Source: the human T2T-CHM13v2.0 reference genome, Homo sapiens. From it: DNA of 64,000 nt. Positions 63,341-64,000 of this stretch are shown piece by piece (the stretch's first letter is position 1; each line of letters begins with the position of its first letter). The notes under the pieces were generated by a model. It made no database searches, was not told the origin of the DNA, and saw only the letters and a list, made by a program, of their open reading frames with translations. A program made the position numbers and the translations under genes. The DNA lies in assembly GCF_009914755.1 (NCBI RefSeq), contig NC_060944.1. One strand, given 5' to 3'.

Positions 63341-63677
63341 GTAAGAATAATGTACCACTCCTTGCTCCATATGACTGCTTCCTTATATCTCAGTTCAGAT
63401 ATTACCTTCTCCGTAAGGCCGCCTCCCTTCCTGTAAGTGATGCTTCTCTATCTACAACCCCAGCTCTTATTGCAGAGCACTGTAGGGGCTGTTCTGGGGC
63501 TTTTCTTCCCTGAGACATGTGAAGGCAGGGAGAGGGGCTTGCACGCCTTAGCAGGTGTTTAAAAATTTTGCTTGCCTGGATCACCAAAGAACTGAATGGG
63601 TGGTGTAAATGGGTAGAAAATGAACTGGCTGGAAACTGAGTGACAAGGTTCAGGTCTGAATCTCTGTTTAAATGCAG
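63341..63677 (+). other. CSTL1: Probable CSTL1 5'UTR intron (donor GAAG|gtaaga at 63341, acceptor tctctgtttaaatgcag at 63677, alternative AG at 63681)
   Basis: Strong consensus donor upstream of the coding exon and a plausible acceptor. The TSS was not determined. Confidence 0.55.
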
Positions 63678-63801
63678 GCAGGCCATCCCCCAGGAAAGCC
63701 TATGTTGGTGAGGGTTATGATGGGAGAATGAGTGAACTGCAGCCTGGCACCACCACACCCTGGAAGGTGCAGTTGGGAAGAAAGTTTCTGAGGCTGTAGA
63801 C

Positions 63802-64000
63802 ATGGGGATCGGATGCTGGAGAAACCCCCTGCTGCTGCTGATTGCCCTGGTCCTGTCAGCCAAGCTGGGTCACTTCCAAAGGTGGGAGGGCTTCCAGCAG
63901 AAGCTCATGAGCAAGAAGAACATGAATTCAACACTCAACTTCTTCATTCAATCCTACAACAATGCCAGCAACGACACCTACTTATATCGAGTCCAGAGGC
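63802..64000 (+). CDS. CSTL1: CSTL1 (cystatin-like 1) first coding exon, truncated by window end: MGIGCWRNPLLLLIALVLSAKLGHFQRWEGFQQKLMSKKNMNSTLNFFIQSYNNASNDTYLYRVQR
   Basis: Hydrophobic signal peptide followed by a cystatin helix-type 'FFIQSYNNASNDTYLYRV' segment. Recognised sequence, and CSTL1 is the expected neighbour of NAPB. Confidence 0.9.
   Translation, partial: MGIGCWRNPLLLLIALVLSAKLGHFQRWEGFQQKLMSKKNMNSTLNFFIQSYNNASNDTYLYRVQR

Overview
Human (primate) genomic DNA, recognised from its gene content as the NAPB-CSTL1 locus. The minus strand carries the complete 11-exon coding region of NAPB (beta-SNAP). The exons reconstruct to 897 nt (298 aa plus stop), with ATG at 44947, stop at 917-919 and a CpG-island promoter at about 44.0-45.2 kb. 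The start of the cystatin-like gene CSTL1 lies at the far right on the + strand (ATG 63802). Between them is a full-length young L1HS (Ta-0 diagnostics, 49650-55763) inserted into an older Alu. It has an intact ORF1 and ORF0, two nonsense codons in ORF2, a 14-15 bp TSD and a 56-bp 3' transduction. The most interesting observation is that its antisense promoter and ORF0 point at NAPB. By codon phase, ORF0 splice donor 2 joins NAPB exon 2 in frame and donor 1 joins exon 3 in frame, predicting ORF0-beta-SNAP fusion proteins; whether these are expressed cannot be seen from sequence. The rest is dense interspersed repeat (about 30 Alus, old L1M, LTRs, MER DNA transposons, a 5S pseudogene). Exon, TSD and L1 coordinates were counted base by base. 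Old-repeat boundaries and subfamily names are approximate by-eye calls.
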